Assembly (NCBI GenBank): GCA_046582735.1
Contig: JAYGDV010000127.1
Span: 1 to 36,906, forward strand
Length of the DNA stretch: 36,906 nucleotides
Direction of reading: 5' to 3'
Source of the DNA: Planctomycetota bacterium
Lineage (GTDB): Bacteria > Planctomycetota > UBA8108
Position numbers and translations under genes: made by a program. Under the pieces are notes generated by a model that searched no databases, was not told where the DNA came from, and was given only the letters and a program-made list of their open reading frames with translations. How positions within the stretch are numbered: position 1 is the stretch's first letter; each line of letters starts with the position of its first letter. This document shows, in pieces, positions 15,454 to 24,644 of the stretch.

Positions 15454-16593
15454 TCAGCCGCCGTTATCGATGCCCATTTCCTCGAGAATACTGGCGATGG
15501 CGGCCAGCAGGTTTTGAACATCTTCTTCCTGGATGCGGCCGATGTTGCCGATACGGAAGCAGTCTGCGTTGCTGACCTTGCCCGGGTAGATCACCAGCCC
15601 CCTCTCGCTCAGCCGGGTGTAGAACTCCGTGAAATCAAAGGCCGGATGGGAGGGGTAGCGGAAGGATGTGATGATGTAGCCCTGGTCTTCCCGTGCCAGG
15701 TATTCTTTGAAGCCCAGCTCGCTCATCCCCCGCACCAGGGTTTCGTAGTTTCCGCGGTACCGCGCAGCCCTCCCGCCAACACCGCCTTCTTCGACGAGCT
15801 CCGCCAGGGCCTTCTCAAAGGCAAGGATTGTGTGGGTCGGTGGCGTGAAGCGGAACTGGCCGTTGGACTCGAGTCCCTTCCATTGAGCGAAGAGGTCCAG
15901 GCTCAGGCTGCGGGCCTGCCCTTCGCAGGAGTCGAGCGCCCCGCTGCGGCAGATGGCGAATGAGAATCCGGGTACACCCTCTATGCACTTATTGGCCGAG
16001 GAGACCAGGAAGTCGATCTCTGCCGCCTGGACATCGAGCTCAACCGCTCCGAAGCTGCTCATCGCATCGACGATGTAGGTCTTTGCGGCTGCGCGGACAA
16101 CCGAACCGGTTTCCTCGACAGGATTGATGATCCCGGTAGTCGTCTCGCAATGGACGATGGCCACAGCAGTGATGCTCTCATCCTCCTGCAGGCACCTGGC
16201 GACCTCGGCCGGATCGGTCTTCCTGTTTTCCTCACAGCGAAGGGCCTCGCACTCAATCCCCAGCACCCCGGCTATTTTCAGGATGCGTTCACCATAGGAG
16301 CCATTGACCACCACCAGCAGCTTGCCGCCGGGAGTGATTGCAGAGCCTATAACCGCTTCGACCCCGAAGGTGCCGCTGCCCTGCATGAGCACGCATTCAT
16401 AGCCCTGTTCCTGTGACAGCCCGGCAAGCCCGAGGAGCCCGTCGCGGATCTTGCCGATGGTCGCGATAAATGCCGTATCGCGCGAGCCGAGGTCTCTCAG
16501 CATAGCCTGCTTTACCGGCTCACTGGTCGTCAGTGGGCCGGGGGTAAAGAGGAGCTTGTCTTTTCTTCCGCTGTTGTGCCCGGGGCTGGTCAT
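15454..16593 (-). CDS. phnW: 2-aminoethylphosphonate:pyruvate aminotransferase
   Basis: The class V aminotransferase body starts KLLFTPGPLTTSEPVKQAMLRDLGSRD, and the PLP-Lys region is SSANKCIEGVPGFSF. I place the start at ATG 16593 (MTSPGHNSGRKDK...), which has AAGGAG 10 nt upstream and lies 20 bp after the phnY stop. The ORF-track start at 16722 would overlap phnY by 109 nt. Confidence 0.85.
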   Translation of the reverse strand: MTSPGHNSGRKDKLLFTPGPLTTSEPVKQAMLRDLGSRDTAFIATIGKIRDGLLGLAGLSQEQGYECVLMQGSGTFGVEAVIGSAITPGGKLLVVVNGSYGERILKIAGVLGIECEALRCEENRKTDPAEVARCLQEDESITAVAIVHCETTTGIINPVEETGSVVRAAAKTYIVDAMSSFGAVELDVQAAEIDFLVSSANKCIEGVPGFSFAICRSGALDSCEGQARSLSLDLFAQWKGLESNGQFRFTPPTHTILAFEKALAELVEEGGVGGRAARYRGNYETLVRGMSELGFKEYLAREDQGYIITSFRYPSHPAFDFTEFYTRLSERGLVIYPGKVSNADCFRIGNIGRIQEEDVQNLLAAIASILEEMGIDNGG

Positions 16594-16613
16594 TTCGGCT
16601 TCGTCTCCTTTTC

Positions 16614-18029
16614 CTACCAGGGCATCGAGAAGGTCTTCACATAGGTCATGCCTTTCATGGCCTCGATGACGCCTTCCTTGACTCCGAGTCCCGAGTCCTT
16701 GACGCCGCCAAATGGCGAGCACTCGATCCGGTAGCCCGGCACCTGGTTGATATTGACGGTCCCGGTCTGGATCCCCTTGACCGCCTGGATCGCCCGTTTC
16801 ATATCGCTGGTCACGATTCCCGAGGAGAGGCCGTAGGCCGTCGCGTTGGCAAGGTCGATGGCATCTTCGATGTCACTCACGGCCATGATGGGGGCGAGAG
16901 GCCCGAAGGACTCCTTGACCACAATGTCGGCATCGCGCGGCACATCCGCTAGGACCGTCGGAGCTATCAGCGCGCCATCTCGTTCTCCCCCGAGGAGAAC
17001 CCGGGCGCCTGCGGCGACGGCGTCCTTGACTACGTTCTCGAGATAGATGGCGGCCTCTTCGTCGATGACCGTTCCAACCCGGGTGTCGGGATCGCTTGGA
17101 TCGCCGTAATTGTACTTGGCGGCCTCTTCGACGAAGCGCGCGGTGAATTCTTCAAGGATCTGCTCATGTACAAGGAGCCGTTTTACCGCAGTGCAGCGCT
17201 GACCCGAATTTCGAAAGCAGCCCTCAGCTGCAAGGTTGACGGCAAGCTCGAGGTCGGCGTCCTCCAGGATGATCAGGGGAGAATTGCCACCGAGCTCGAG
17301 CACCAGCTTCTTGTAGCCGGCCCGCTCCGCGATCAGCTTCCCCACCTTTTCACCGCCGGTAAAGCTGACCACCTCGACGCGGGGGTCTGTGACCAGCGTA
17401 TCAGCCACCTCGGAGCTTGGCCCCACAAGCACACTCAACATCCAGCCCGGCAGCCCCGCCTCGTAGAGCAGCTCGGTGATTTTCACGGCAATCAGGGGGG
17501 TCTTGCTGGCAGGTTTCAGGATCACAGGAGCTCCGCTGGCAATGGCCGGGGCGATCTTGTGTAGCACCTGGTTGAGAGGATGGTTGAAGGGGGTAATGGC
17601 GGCGACCAGTTTATGAGGCTCGCGCAGGGTAAAGATCTTGCGGGACTTCCCATTTGGAGATACGTCACAGGAGAAAATCTCGCCGTCATCCTTCAGAGCC
17701 TCTATGGCTGAAAACTGCAGGACGTCATGGCCGCGGCTGACCTCGTAGGTCGTCTCCTTGAGGCAGAGTCCGGCTTCCTGGGTGATCAGCGAAGAGAACT
17801 CCTCTGCTCTTTCGGTAAGCATGCGCCGGGCATTGTCGAGGATTTCATACCGCTGGTAGCGGCTTAAGGGTTCGCCGCCTTTGAGCGCTGTCTCGATGGC
17901 ATCGATGGTTTCGGCTTTCCCGAGGCTGGCGACGGTACCGGCCACCTCCCCGGTATAGGGGTTGTAAACGGCCAGTTTTTCATCGCTTGAAACCGCCCGC
18001 CCAGCAATGTAGCAGGGATAATCGGTCAT
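16614..18029 (-). CDS. phnY: aldehyde dehydrogenase; by context phosphonoacetaldehyde dehydrogenase
   Basis: ALDH hallmarks LELGGNSP (catalytic Glu) and FRNSGQRCTA (catalytic Cys). The gene sits between phnA and phnW, and its start overlaps the phnA stop as ATGA (18026-18029). Confidence 0.75.
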   Translation of the reverse strand: MTDYPCYIAGRAVSSDEKLAVYNPYTGEVAGTVASLGKAETIDAIETALKGGEPLSRYQRYEILDNARRMLTERAEEFSSLITQEAGLCLKETTYEVSRGHDVLQFSAIEALKDDGEIFSCDVSPNGKSRKIFTLREPHKLVAAITPFNHPLNQVLHKIAPAIASGAPVILKPASKTPLIAVKITELLYEAGLPGWMLSVLVGPSSEVADTLVTDPRVEVVSFTGGEKVGKLIAERAGYKKLVLELGGNSPLIILEDADLELAVNLAAEGCFRNSGQRCTAVKRLLVHEQILEEFTARFVEEAAKYNYGDPSDPDTRVGTVIDEEAAIYLENVVKDAVAAGARVLLGGERDGALIAPTVLADVPRDADIVVKESFGPLAPIMAVSDIEDAIDLANATAYGLSSGIVTSDMKRAIQAVKGIQTGTVNINQVPGYRIECSPFGGVKDSGLGVKEGVIEAMKGMTYVKTFSMPW

Positions 18030-19282
18030 GTCTGGCTCCCGTTGCTGGTGAACTCGAATATATCGAAGTTTCGCAGATCTCCTGTTCTGCAGGAATACGC
18101 CGCGGTGATTTTTTCTGAGAGAAAGAATGGCACCATCTCTTCGTAACGCCCGCCGTGGGAGCGCAGGCCATCTCGTACAGCATCGAGATCATGGTCCTCC
18201 GGAGTTCTGCCAAGGACGACATCCCGCCCCGACTGGACGACGATGTCGCCGATCCGGTCTACAGGCAGCTCGAGTTTGCGAGCCGCTACCTGTCGATCGT
18301 AAGCCTCGGTGACTCCATCGAGCTCGAGCAGCCGGGCGATAACTGTGCGGGTGTCGGTGGAATCCGGAAGGTGTACACAGGCGAGCGAGCCGAGAGCCCC
18401 GTGGTGGAGGACATAGGGGTCGGTGATGGGCAGGATGACCTTGACCCCGTTGCCGAGTTCCTGCTGCAGAAGACTCTCAAGGTAGATTACGTTGGGCTCC
18501 CCCGCGGGCGTCTGCTTGGCGTTCATCCCATGGTCTGCGGTCGCGCCGACAATAGCGCCAAGTTCGAGTAATCTCCCGAGCTCGCTGTCGATGGCGCCAT
18601 AAAAATCAAGTGACTCCGGATCCTCCGGCCTGAATTTATGCTGCATATAATCGGTCAGGGAGAGGTAGAGGAAGTCGGCCTTCCCGTGTTCGATAAGTGC
18701 CGCCCCCGCCTTGAGAACGAAGAGGCTGGCAGCCGCGCTGTAGATCTCCGGGACCGGCTCTCCCACCAGAGCCTCCACCCCCGAGATGCCATGGGTGCCC
18801 TCTTCCGCCTGGTCCGCCTTTTCCGCTGAGAAGGCGATTCCCTCGAGTTCATGGGAGAGAATATCCCTGAGCTTCTCCTTTGCCGTGACCATAGCGACTT
18901 TTCGCCCGGCGTTGGCGGCCGCCGCCAGGATGGTCCCGCAGCGGAGATAAGATGGAGAATTCATCATTACTTCCTCGCCGGATTCCGGATCGAGAAAGAA
19001 GTTGCCGCTGATCCCGTGAACGGAGGGAGGGGTGCCGGTTGCAATCGATGAGTTGTTGACGTTGGTGAAGGAGGGCAGGGCGCCCCGGGCCATAGCGCGG
19101 TAGGCGCCTGCAGCAAGAAGACGTGCCAATACAGGCATACGCCCCTGTACCAGCGAGACGTCAAGGTATTCGTCAGCGCATCCATCGATGCAGATCACCG
19201 CCAGGGGCCGCGCTGGTGGCCGGTAGGTCCTGCCATTTACGGAGAATTCTTTGGTGGCGGGGGCTGTTTTACTGGAATCCAT
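18026..19282 (-). CDS. phnA: phosphonoacetate hydrolase (alkaline phosphatase superfamily)
   Basis: 418 aa. N-terminus VNGRTYRPPARPLAVICIDGCADEYLD and SFTNVNNSSIATG are typical of phosphonoacetate hydrolase/nucleotide pyrophosphatase-fold enzymes. It forms an operon with phnY and phnW. Confidence 0.8.
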   Translation of the reverse strand: MDSSKTAPATKEFSVNGRTYRPPARPLAVICIDGCADEYLDVSLVQGRMPVLARLLAAGAYRAMARGALPSFTNVNNSSIATGTPPSVHGISGNFFLDPESGEEVMMNSPSYLRCGTILAAAANAGRKVAMVTAKEKLRDILSHELEGIAFSAEKADQAEEGTHGISGVEALVGEPVPEIYSAAASLFVLKAGAALIEHGKADFLYLSLTDYMQHKFRPEDPESLDFYGAIDSELGRLLELGAIVGATADHGMNAKQTPAGEPNVIYLESLLQQELGNGVKVILPITDPYVLHHGALGSLACVHLPDSTDTRTVIARLLELDGVTEAYDRQVAARKLELPVDRIGDIVVQSGRDVVLGRTPEDHDLDAVRDGLRSHGGRYEEMVPFFLSEKITAAYSCRTGDLRNFDIFEFTSNGSQT

Positions 19283-19565
19283 CGTGACTCTATGTCCCGG
19301 CGTATTTCAAAGAGCAGTAAAGCTGCTTCCAGGAGGGCTGAGGATAGAACTCAGGCAGGGGGATTGCCAGCAGGAATCAGGTTCTCCCGGGGCTGTAAGC
19401 CGTGCCTGCCAGGGGGGGTAAGGGCCGAAAAAAAATCCAGGTCAAGAACTCGCCGCCACTGGGCGAAAAAAGAATAGGCATGTACCAGTAAAGAGGTCGC
19501 CGGGGCTCGCACAAGCAGGCCTTCCCGGGTGCCGCGGAGGCGACAGTGGAATTCTGCACGAGCCT

Positions 19566-20621
19566 GTGATTAAGATGATGAGAATGTTATTCGAAACGAA
19601 CCACCTCTTGGCCATCGGGGCCGCTGTTCTCTTCCTCCTGGGAGGTATTTGCTGCGACCGGGGTGGGGCGGCAAAGGGTGAAAGGGGCAGGATTCTCGCC
19701 CGCATCGATGAGGGCACGGTGACGGAGGAGGAATTCAAGGAGGCCCTGGTTCGGGGCGCTGAAAAATTTCCCCGAATTTACCCGGGGATCGACAAGCCCG
19801 AGAGCGTTCTTCGCCACCTCGTGGATGAAGAGCTGGTGTATACAACAGCGCTCGAGGAAGGCTACGACAAGCACCCGCAGGTGGCGCGGCTCCTGCGGCA
19901 GGCGATGGTCGGACGGTACCTGGCGCGGAACCTGAAGCCGCTGCTGGAAGGTGTGGAGGTCAGTGACGAGGAAATATCCAGGCACTATCAGGACAACCTC
20001 GACCTGTACCGGACCCATGAGATGGCAAGAATTGCGGTTATCTCCATCAGGGTTCCTTCGGGAACCGGCGATACCGGCCGGCTCGCCCTGGTTGAGAGAG
20101 CCCGGGCTGCTCTCGAGGAGGCAAGGGAGCTGCCTGCCGACGTGGCTGGTTTTGGAGACCTGGCAGCTCGGTATTCCGATGACAAGAGGACCCGGCAATC
20201 CGGTGGAGATGTCGGCTGGATTATCAGGAGGGCGGGAGCAGCAGGTCTCCCTCCCGACCTGCAGGAGGCGGTCCTGGATCTCGATGGACCCGGTGCGCTG
20301 ACTCCCGTTGTCGAAACTCCTGGAGCCCTGTATATCGGCCGGTTGATGGAGACCAGGCCTTCGCGGCTTCGCCCGCTCCCGGCTGTTCGCACTGCTGTGA
20401 AGGAGATCCTCCTGCGCCGGGCGAAGGACACCGCTCGGAAAGGTTTTTACAGTGGACTGAGGAAGGGGCGGGACATATCCATCGATCACGAACTGCTGGA
20501 GGAAATAGGCAGGTCGTCTGCACCTGCCAGGGCGGATGCTGCCGGGGACGAAGGCAAGGGGGCGACTTCCAGCCCGGGAACACTACGGCGCGCTGTTGAA
20601 AAGCTGCGAACAGACGGGTAA
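19566..20621 (+). CDS. parvulin-type peptidyl-prolyl cis-trans isomerase (SurA/PpiD-like), exported or membrane-anchored
   Basis: N-terminal hydrophobic segment LLAIGAAVLFLLGGICC. PpiC rotamase motif FGDLAARYSDDKRTRQSGGDVGWIIR...PGALTPVVETPGALYIGRL. The start is ambiguous: GTG 19566 or ATG 19575/19578/19584. Confidence 0.8.
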   Translation: MIKMMRMLFETNHLLAIGAAVLFLLGGICCDRGGAAKGERGRILARIDEGTVTEEEFKEALVRGAEKFPRIYPGIDKPESVLRHLVDEELVYTTALEEGYDKHPQVARLLRQAMVGRYLARNLKPLLEGVEVSDEEISRHYQDNLDLYRTHEMARIAVISIRVPSGTGDTGRLALVERARAALEEARELPADVAGFGDLAARYSDDKRTRQSGGDVGWIIRRAGAAGLPPDLQEAVLDLDGPGALTPVVETPGALYIGRLMETRPSRLRPLPAVRTAVKEILLRRAKDTARKGFYSGLRKGRDISIDHELLEEIGRSSAPARADAAGDEGKGATSSPGTLRRAVEKLRTDG

Positions 20622-20629
20622 AGCAGGTT

Positions 20630-21622
20630 TCAATCTTCCGTGTCCGACGCTCCGGCAGTCGCTTCAAGGGTGGACTCTCCATGGTAAGCGACGCACAGGG
20701 ATGCGTAGAGCCCGATCTTTTCGCCGAGCGCGGCCGGTACGATCCGGCAGCATTCGAGTGTTTCGCTGCGGGCTTCCTGCTGCAGGGCAGCCTCCATCGC
20801 GGGTCGCAGAAACTCTTCGCAGCGGGCAAAAATGGAGCCGATCACGACCAGGTCCGGGTTGAGGATGTCGATCAGGATTCCCAGGCCCCGGCCAAGGTAG
20901 CTGCCGGAGGCAGAGAGAATCTCGAGGCAGAGCTCGTCGCCCCCGAGCGCGCCAAGGCCGACGTCAGCCGCGGTGATCTTCTCCTTGTCGAGGCAGCTTT
21001 CCCCCGGCCAGTTCCTGCGTCCGGCGGCAGCCAGCTGTTCGATGCCGCCGCCTGAGCAGAAACCCTCCCAGCTGCCGGCCTTGCCACAGCCGACCGGGCC
21101 ATCCTTCTCCAGCCGGATATGGCCAATCTCTCCGGCATAATTCGAGGTTCCCCTGTAGAGCTGCCCGTTGAGGATCAGGCCGGCACCGAGTCCTGTTCCG
21201 AAGGTAAGGAAGGCCATATTGGCGGGCCGTTGGTGACGGCCCGCTCCAAAGTAATATTCCGCCAGCGCTCCGGCATTGGCATCGTTTTCGAGATGAACTG
21301 CGGCCTGGGGGAAGACCTCCTGGAAGAGGTTCACGATGGGGACACCCCGCCAGCCGGGAAGGTTTGCCGGTTCCTGGATGATTCCGGCCTCCCGGTCCAT
21401 GGGCGAACCGCAGGAGATCCCGATTGCCCGGGGCTCCGTGCCGGGGCTGGCCTCGACGAGTTTCCTGGCGTGGTCGATCAAGCGGCGGACTGTGCCTTCC
21501 CAGCCGTTTTCTCCTTTGACCGTGGGGAGGGTCACCTCCCCAAGCAGCCGGCCCTGCTCATCTGCAGTGCAGATGCCGCAGGTCGTTCCGCCGATATCGA
21601 CGCCGAGGTGGATTCGAGGCAT
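20630..21622 (-). CDS. ROK family sugar kinase
   Basis: LGVDIGGTTCGI ATP-binding motif, NDANAGALAE, and GHIRLEKDGPVGCGKAGSWEGFCSGGG (ROK signature/zinc region). Confidence 0.85.
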   Translation of the reverse strand: MPRIHLGVDIGGTTCGICTADEQGRLLGEVTLPTVKGENGWEGTVRRLIDHARKLVEASPGTEPRAIGISCGSPMDREAGIIQEPANLPGWRGVPIVNLFQEVFPQAAVHLENDANAGALAEYYFGAGRHQRPANMAFLTFGTGLGAGLILNGQLYRGTSNYAGEIGHIRLEKDGPVGCGKAGSWEGFCSGGGIEQLAAAGRRNWPGESCLDKEKITAADVGLGALGGDELCLEILSASGSYLGRGLGILIDILNPDLVVIGSIFARCEEFLRPAMEAALQQEARSETLECCRIVPAALGEKIGLYASLCVAYHGESTLEATAGASDTED

Positions 21623-21722
21623 TTAGTGCTTCCCGTGTGCTCGTTGGTCTTCCTCTGTGCTTAAAGTATAGTGTGGTTCCATTAACGAATTAAATGATGC
21701 TTGAGGGGGAGAAAGGGAAAAT

Positions 21723-23648
21723 ATGCAAACCGGCCTTTGTCTGAAAACAAGATCTCGATGGTATGCGCCAGGGCTGCTGCTGGCTCTGTGGCTCCTTGCC
21801 GCAGCCCCCGGATGCGCCTGTCGTCAGCCGGGTGGAGGTTCCCTGGCAGTCAATGACCCCCATTCCTTTTCGAACCCGGCGGAGGTAGCTGTTACCCATC
21901 TTACGCTGTTGCTGGATGTCGACTTTGACAGCAGGACGATCAGGGCGGAGGCCTCCTGGAAGATCCGCAACCTGTCGTGTGCCCGGGAGCTTCGCCTCGA
22001 CACCAGGGGGCTGACAATCCGGCGGGTCCAGCTTCTCGAGGGCGGCAGTATCAGGGAGGCGAGCTTTGAGCTGGAAGAGGAGAGGCCCTTGCTCGGCCAG
22101 CCCCTGGTCGTGCGGATCAGGCCCGGGACCGAAGAGGTGCTGATCACCTATGAAACCACCGGGGAGGCCGATGCCCTGCAATGGCTGGATCCCCGGCAGA
22201 CTGCAGGCAGGAAGCAGCCGTTTCTCTTTACCCAGTCGCAGGCGATCCTGGCTCGAACCTGGATTCCCTGCCAGGACACTCCGGCGGTCCGGTTTACCTA
22301 CACCGCCGCGGTCGAGGTGCCCGAAGCGCTCTCGGCGGTGATGAGTGCCGGGAGCCAGGGAGAGCCGCGGGAGCTGCCCGGAGGCAGGAAACGATTTCTT
22401 TTTGAAATGCCCCAGGCCATTCCGTCCTACCTGATGGCCCTGGCTGTTGGTGACCTCGGGTTCAAAGCCCTTGGCGAACGCTCAGGCGTCTATGCCGAGC
22501 CGTCCCTGGTGGAGAGCGCGGCCTGGGAATTTGCCGACACCGAGAAGATGATGCTCGCCTGCGAAGAGCTCTTCGGTCCTTACCGCTGGGGTCGTTACGA
22601 TATCCTGGTCCTGCCGCCGAGCTTTCCCTTCGGGGGGATGGAAAACCCCCGCCTCACCTTTGCCACTCCGACGATCCTTGCCGGTGACAGGTCGCTGGTG
22701 GCCCTGGTTGCCCACGAGCTGGCCCACTCCTGGTCGGGCAACCTGGTCACCAACGCGACCTGGGATGACTTCTGGCTCAACGAGGGCTTCACGGTCTACC
22801 TGGAGCACCGGATCATGGAGCGCCTTTACGGCAGGGAATACGATGAGATGCTTGCCCGCCTGGGGCTCGATGAGCTCCGCAGAACGATCAAGGAGCTTCT
22901 CGGCGAACACCCGGCAGATACCCATCTGAAACTTGATCTTGCAGGACGTGATCCGGATGACGGAATGACCGATGTCGCCTATGAGAAGGGCTATCTCTTC
23001 CTGAGAATGCTTGAGGATGCATTCGGCCGCGAGCGCTGGGACGTTTTTCTGCGCAGCTATTTTGACAGGTTCTCATTCCAGCCGATGACCACCGAGGGAT
23101 TCCTGTCCTTCCTGGACCGTGAGCTCCTCGCGCAGGACCGGACCCTGGCAGCCGGGTTGCGAATCAGGGAGTGGGTTTATGGCCCCGGTCTTCCGCCTAA
23201 CCTGCCTGTGGTTCGTTCCGGGGCGCTGGAAAAAGCCGCTGCCGCAGCGGGCTATTTTGCCGCCGGGGTGAAGGCCGGGGCGTTGAAAACCGATGGCTGG
23301 ACCACGCACGAGTGGCTTCATTTCCTGCGCCATCTGCCATCCCCGCTGCCGGCTGAGCGGCTGAGCGATCTTGACGAGGTCTTTTCCCTGACCACCTCGA
23401 AAAACTCAGAGATTCTCTGCCAGTGGTTCCTGGTGGCTCTTCCCGGCGGGTACCGGCCCGTGATAGAGCCGCTGGAGCGTTTCCTGGAACGTGTGGGAAG
23501 GAGGAAGTTTCTCAGCCCCCTCTACCGGGAGCTGGCAAAGACACCCGGGGGCCTGAAGCGCGCGCGAGAGATCTATTCGAGGGCGCGTCCGGGCTATCAC
23601 CCGGTGGCGATTGGTACGCTCGATGGGATTCTCGGCTGGAAAGACTGA
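21723..23648 (+). CDS. M1 family aminopeptidase, leukotriene A4 hydrolase-like, lipoprotein
   Basis: Lipobox LLAAAPGCAC. GGMENP exopeptidase motif. HELAHSWSGN...WLNEGFTVYLE (HExxH-x18-E). C-terminal LTA4H-type helical domain. Confidence 0.9.
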   Translation: MQTGLCLKTRSRWYAPGLLLALWLLAAAPGCACRQPGGGSLAVNDPHSFSNPAEVAVTHLTLLLDVDFDSRTIRAEASWKIRNLSCARELRLDTRGLTIRRVQLLEGGSIREASFELEEERPLLGQPLVVRIRPGTEEVLITYETTGEADALQWLDPRQTAGRKQPFLFTQSQAILARTWIPCQDTPAVRFTYTAAVEVPEALSAVMSAGSQGEPRELPGGRKRFLFEMPQAIPSYLMALAVGDLGFKALGERSGVYAEPSLVESAAWEFADTEKMMLACEELFGPYRWGRYDILVLPPSFPFGGMENPRLTFATPTILAGDRSLVALVAHELAHSWSGNLVTNATWDDFWLNEGFTVYLEHRIMERLYGREYDEMLARLGLDELRRTIKELLGEHPADTHLKLDLAGRDPDDGMTDVAYEKGYLFLRMLEDAFGRERWDVFLRSYFDRFSFQPMTTEGFLSFLDRELLAQDRTLAAGLRIREWVYGPGLPPNLPVVRSGALEKAAAAAGYFAAGVKAGALKTDGWTTHEWLHFLRHLPSPLPAERLSDLDEVFSLTTSKNSEILCQWFLVALPGGYRPVIEPLERFLERVGRRKFLSPLYRELAKTPGGLKRAREIYSRARPGYHPVAIGTLDGILGWKD

Positions 23649-23658
23649 GCTTTCGTGC

Positions 23659-24537
23659 TCACTCGCCGCTGTTTTCTTTCCGCAGCCGGAGGTATTTCTC
23701 CAGCTCAAGGACCTCCTTGAGCTCATCGAAGCTCATCATCGAGTCCTTACGGAGCTCAGAGCTCCCTGTCTTCAGGAAGGTGTCGGCCAGCTGTTCAATA
23801 GCTCTCGCAGAGACCAGCAAGGTTTCGATCGGGGCCACCACGAACTTAAAGCCCATCTTTTCGAGCTCGGCGGCTTCCAGCAGCGGGGTCTTGCCGAAGG
23901 AGAGCATATTGGCAAACTTGGGGTAGGAGACCCGGGAGGCGATTTCGGCAAGCTCTTCCTTTGACTGTGGCGCCTCGACAAAGGCCACGTCGGCTCCCGC
24001 TGCGCAGTAGCTGTTGATCCTGTCGATAGCGGAGTCAATCCCCTCGCCCTGGCGGGCATCTGTTCTTGCGAAGATCACGAAATCGTCATCGCTGCGCGCC
24101 TCGAGGGCGGCCTGAAGCTTGGCGACCATTTCTTCGGCGGGGATCACCGCGTTGCCGTCGAAGTGGCCGCAGCGTTTTGGAAAGACCTGGTCCTCGAGCA
24201 GGATTCCCGCGGCTCCGGCGTCTTCAAAAGCCCGGATACAATTGCCGACCTCGGCGGGGCCTCCGTAGCCGGTGTCCCCGTCGGCGATCAGGGGAATGGA
24301 GATTCTCCGTGCCATGCGCTTGACGGCATCCGCCATTTCTTCCAGGTCGAGGAAGTTGAGGTCGGGCAGGCCGCGAAGGCTTGCGCTGGCCCCGAAGCCG
24401 CCGAGGAAAACAGTCTCAAAGCCGGCCCGCTCGATCAGCAGGGCGGTCAGGACGTCGTGGGCTCCCATCGACCGGATGATGCCGGGCTCCCCGAGGAGCA
24501 GGCGGAGCTTTCCGGCCGGTGTCTGCTTGTCGTTCAT
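23659..24537 (-). CDS. isocitrate lyase/PEP mutase superfamily protein (2-methylisocitrate lyase / oxaloacetate decarboxylase-like)
   Basis: IADGDTGYGG, ILLEDQVFPKRCGHFDG (lyase-type K-R-C-G-H loop), IFARTDA. Confidence 0.8.
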   Translation of the reverse strand: MNDKQTPAGKLRLLLGEPGIIRSMGAHDVLTALLIERAGFETVFLGGFGASASLRGLPDLNFLDLEEMADAVKRMARRISIPLIADGDTGYGGPAEVGNCIRAFEDAGAAGILLEDQVFPKRCGHFDGNAVIPAEEMVAKLQAALEARSDDDFVIFARTDARQGEGIDSAIDRINSYCAAGADVAFVEAPQSKEELAEIASRVSYPKFANMLSFGKTPLLEAAELEKMGFKFVVAPIETLLVSARAIEQLADTFLKTGSSELRKDSMMSFDELKEVLELEKYLRLRKENSGE

Positions 24538-24644
24538 TGCAAGGTCTCCTTTGTAGGTCGTCGCCGGGCATTCTCGTATGCTCGCCTTTCTGCAGGCGTG
24601 CTATGCTGCCAATTACAGTTTAACTTGGCGCGAGGAATGAACAA

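Noticed and set aside
15028-15517. 85-aa (15028-15285) and 70-aa (15305-15517) + strand ORFs in the phnW-downstream gap
   Set aside because: They are R/G/P-rich with low complexity, have no Shine-Dalgarno at their starts, and the second runs through the terminator hairpin into phnW antisense. I treat the region as non-coding RNA or leader sequence instead.
16594-16722. N-terminal 43-codon extension of phnW given by the ORF track
   Set aside because: The extension (MLAIWRRQGLGTRSQGRRHRGHERH...) is R/G-rich, overlaps the 3' end of phnY and lacks a Shine-Dalgarno. ATG 16593 has AAGGAG upstream and matches where aminotransferase homology begins.
19587-20489. 300-aa minus-strand ORF antisense to the PPIase gene. 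Similar long antisense ORFs occur at 5499-6143, 6324-6929, 7155-7820, 8910-9944, 10795-11565, 24163-24855, 27242-27961 and 34891-35931.
   Set aside because: In each case the opposite strand encodes a protein with recognisable family motifs. The antisense products are R/G/P/A-rich with no motifs.
23659-24537. Possible link of the PEP mutase/isocitrate lyase superfamily gene to phosphonate metabolism (PEP mutase or phosphonopyruvate hydrolase) because a phn operon lies 4 kb away
   Set aside because: The active-site loop reads PKRCGH, the lyase-type (methylisocitrate lyase/oxaloacetate decarboxylase-like) motif rather than the PEP-mutase-type loop. Three unrelated genes on alternating strands separate it from the phn operon.
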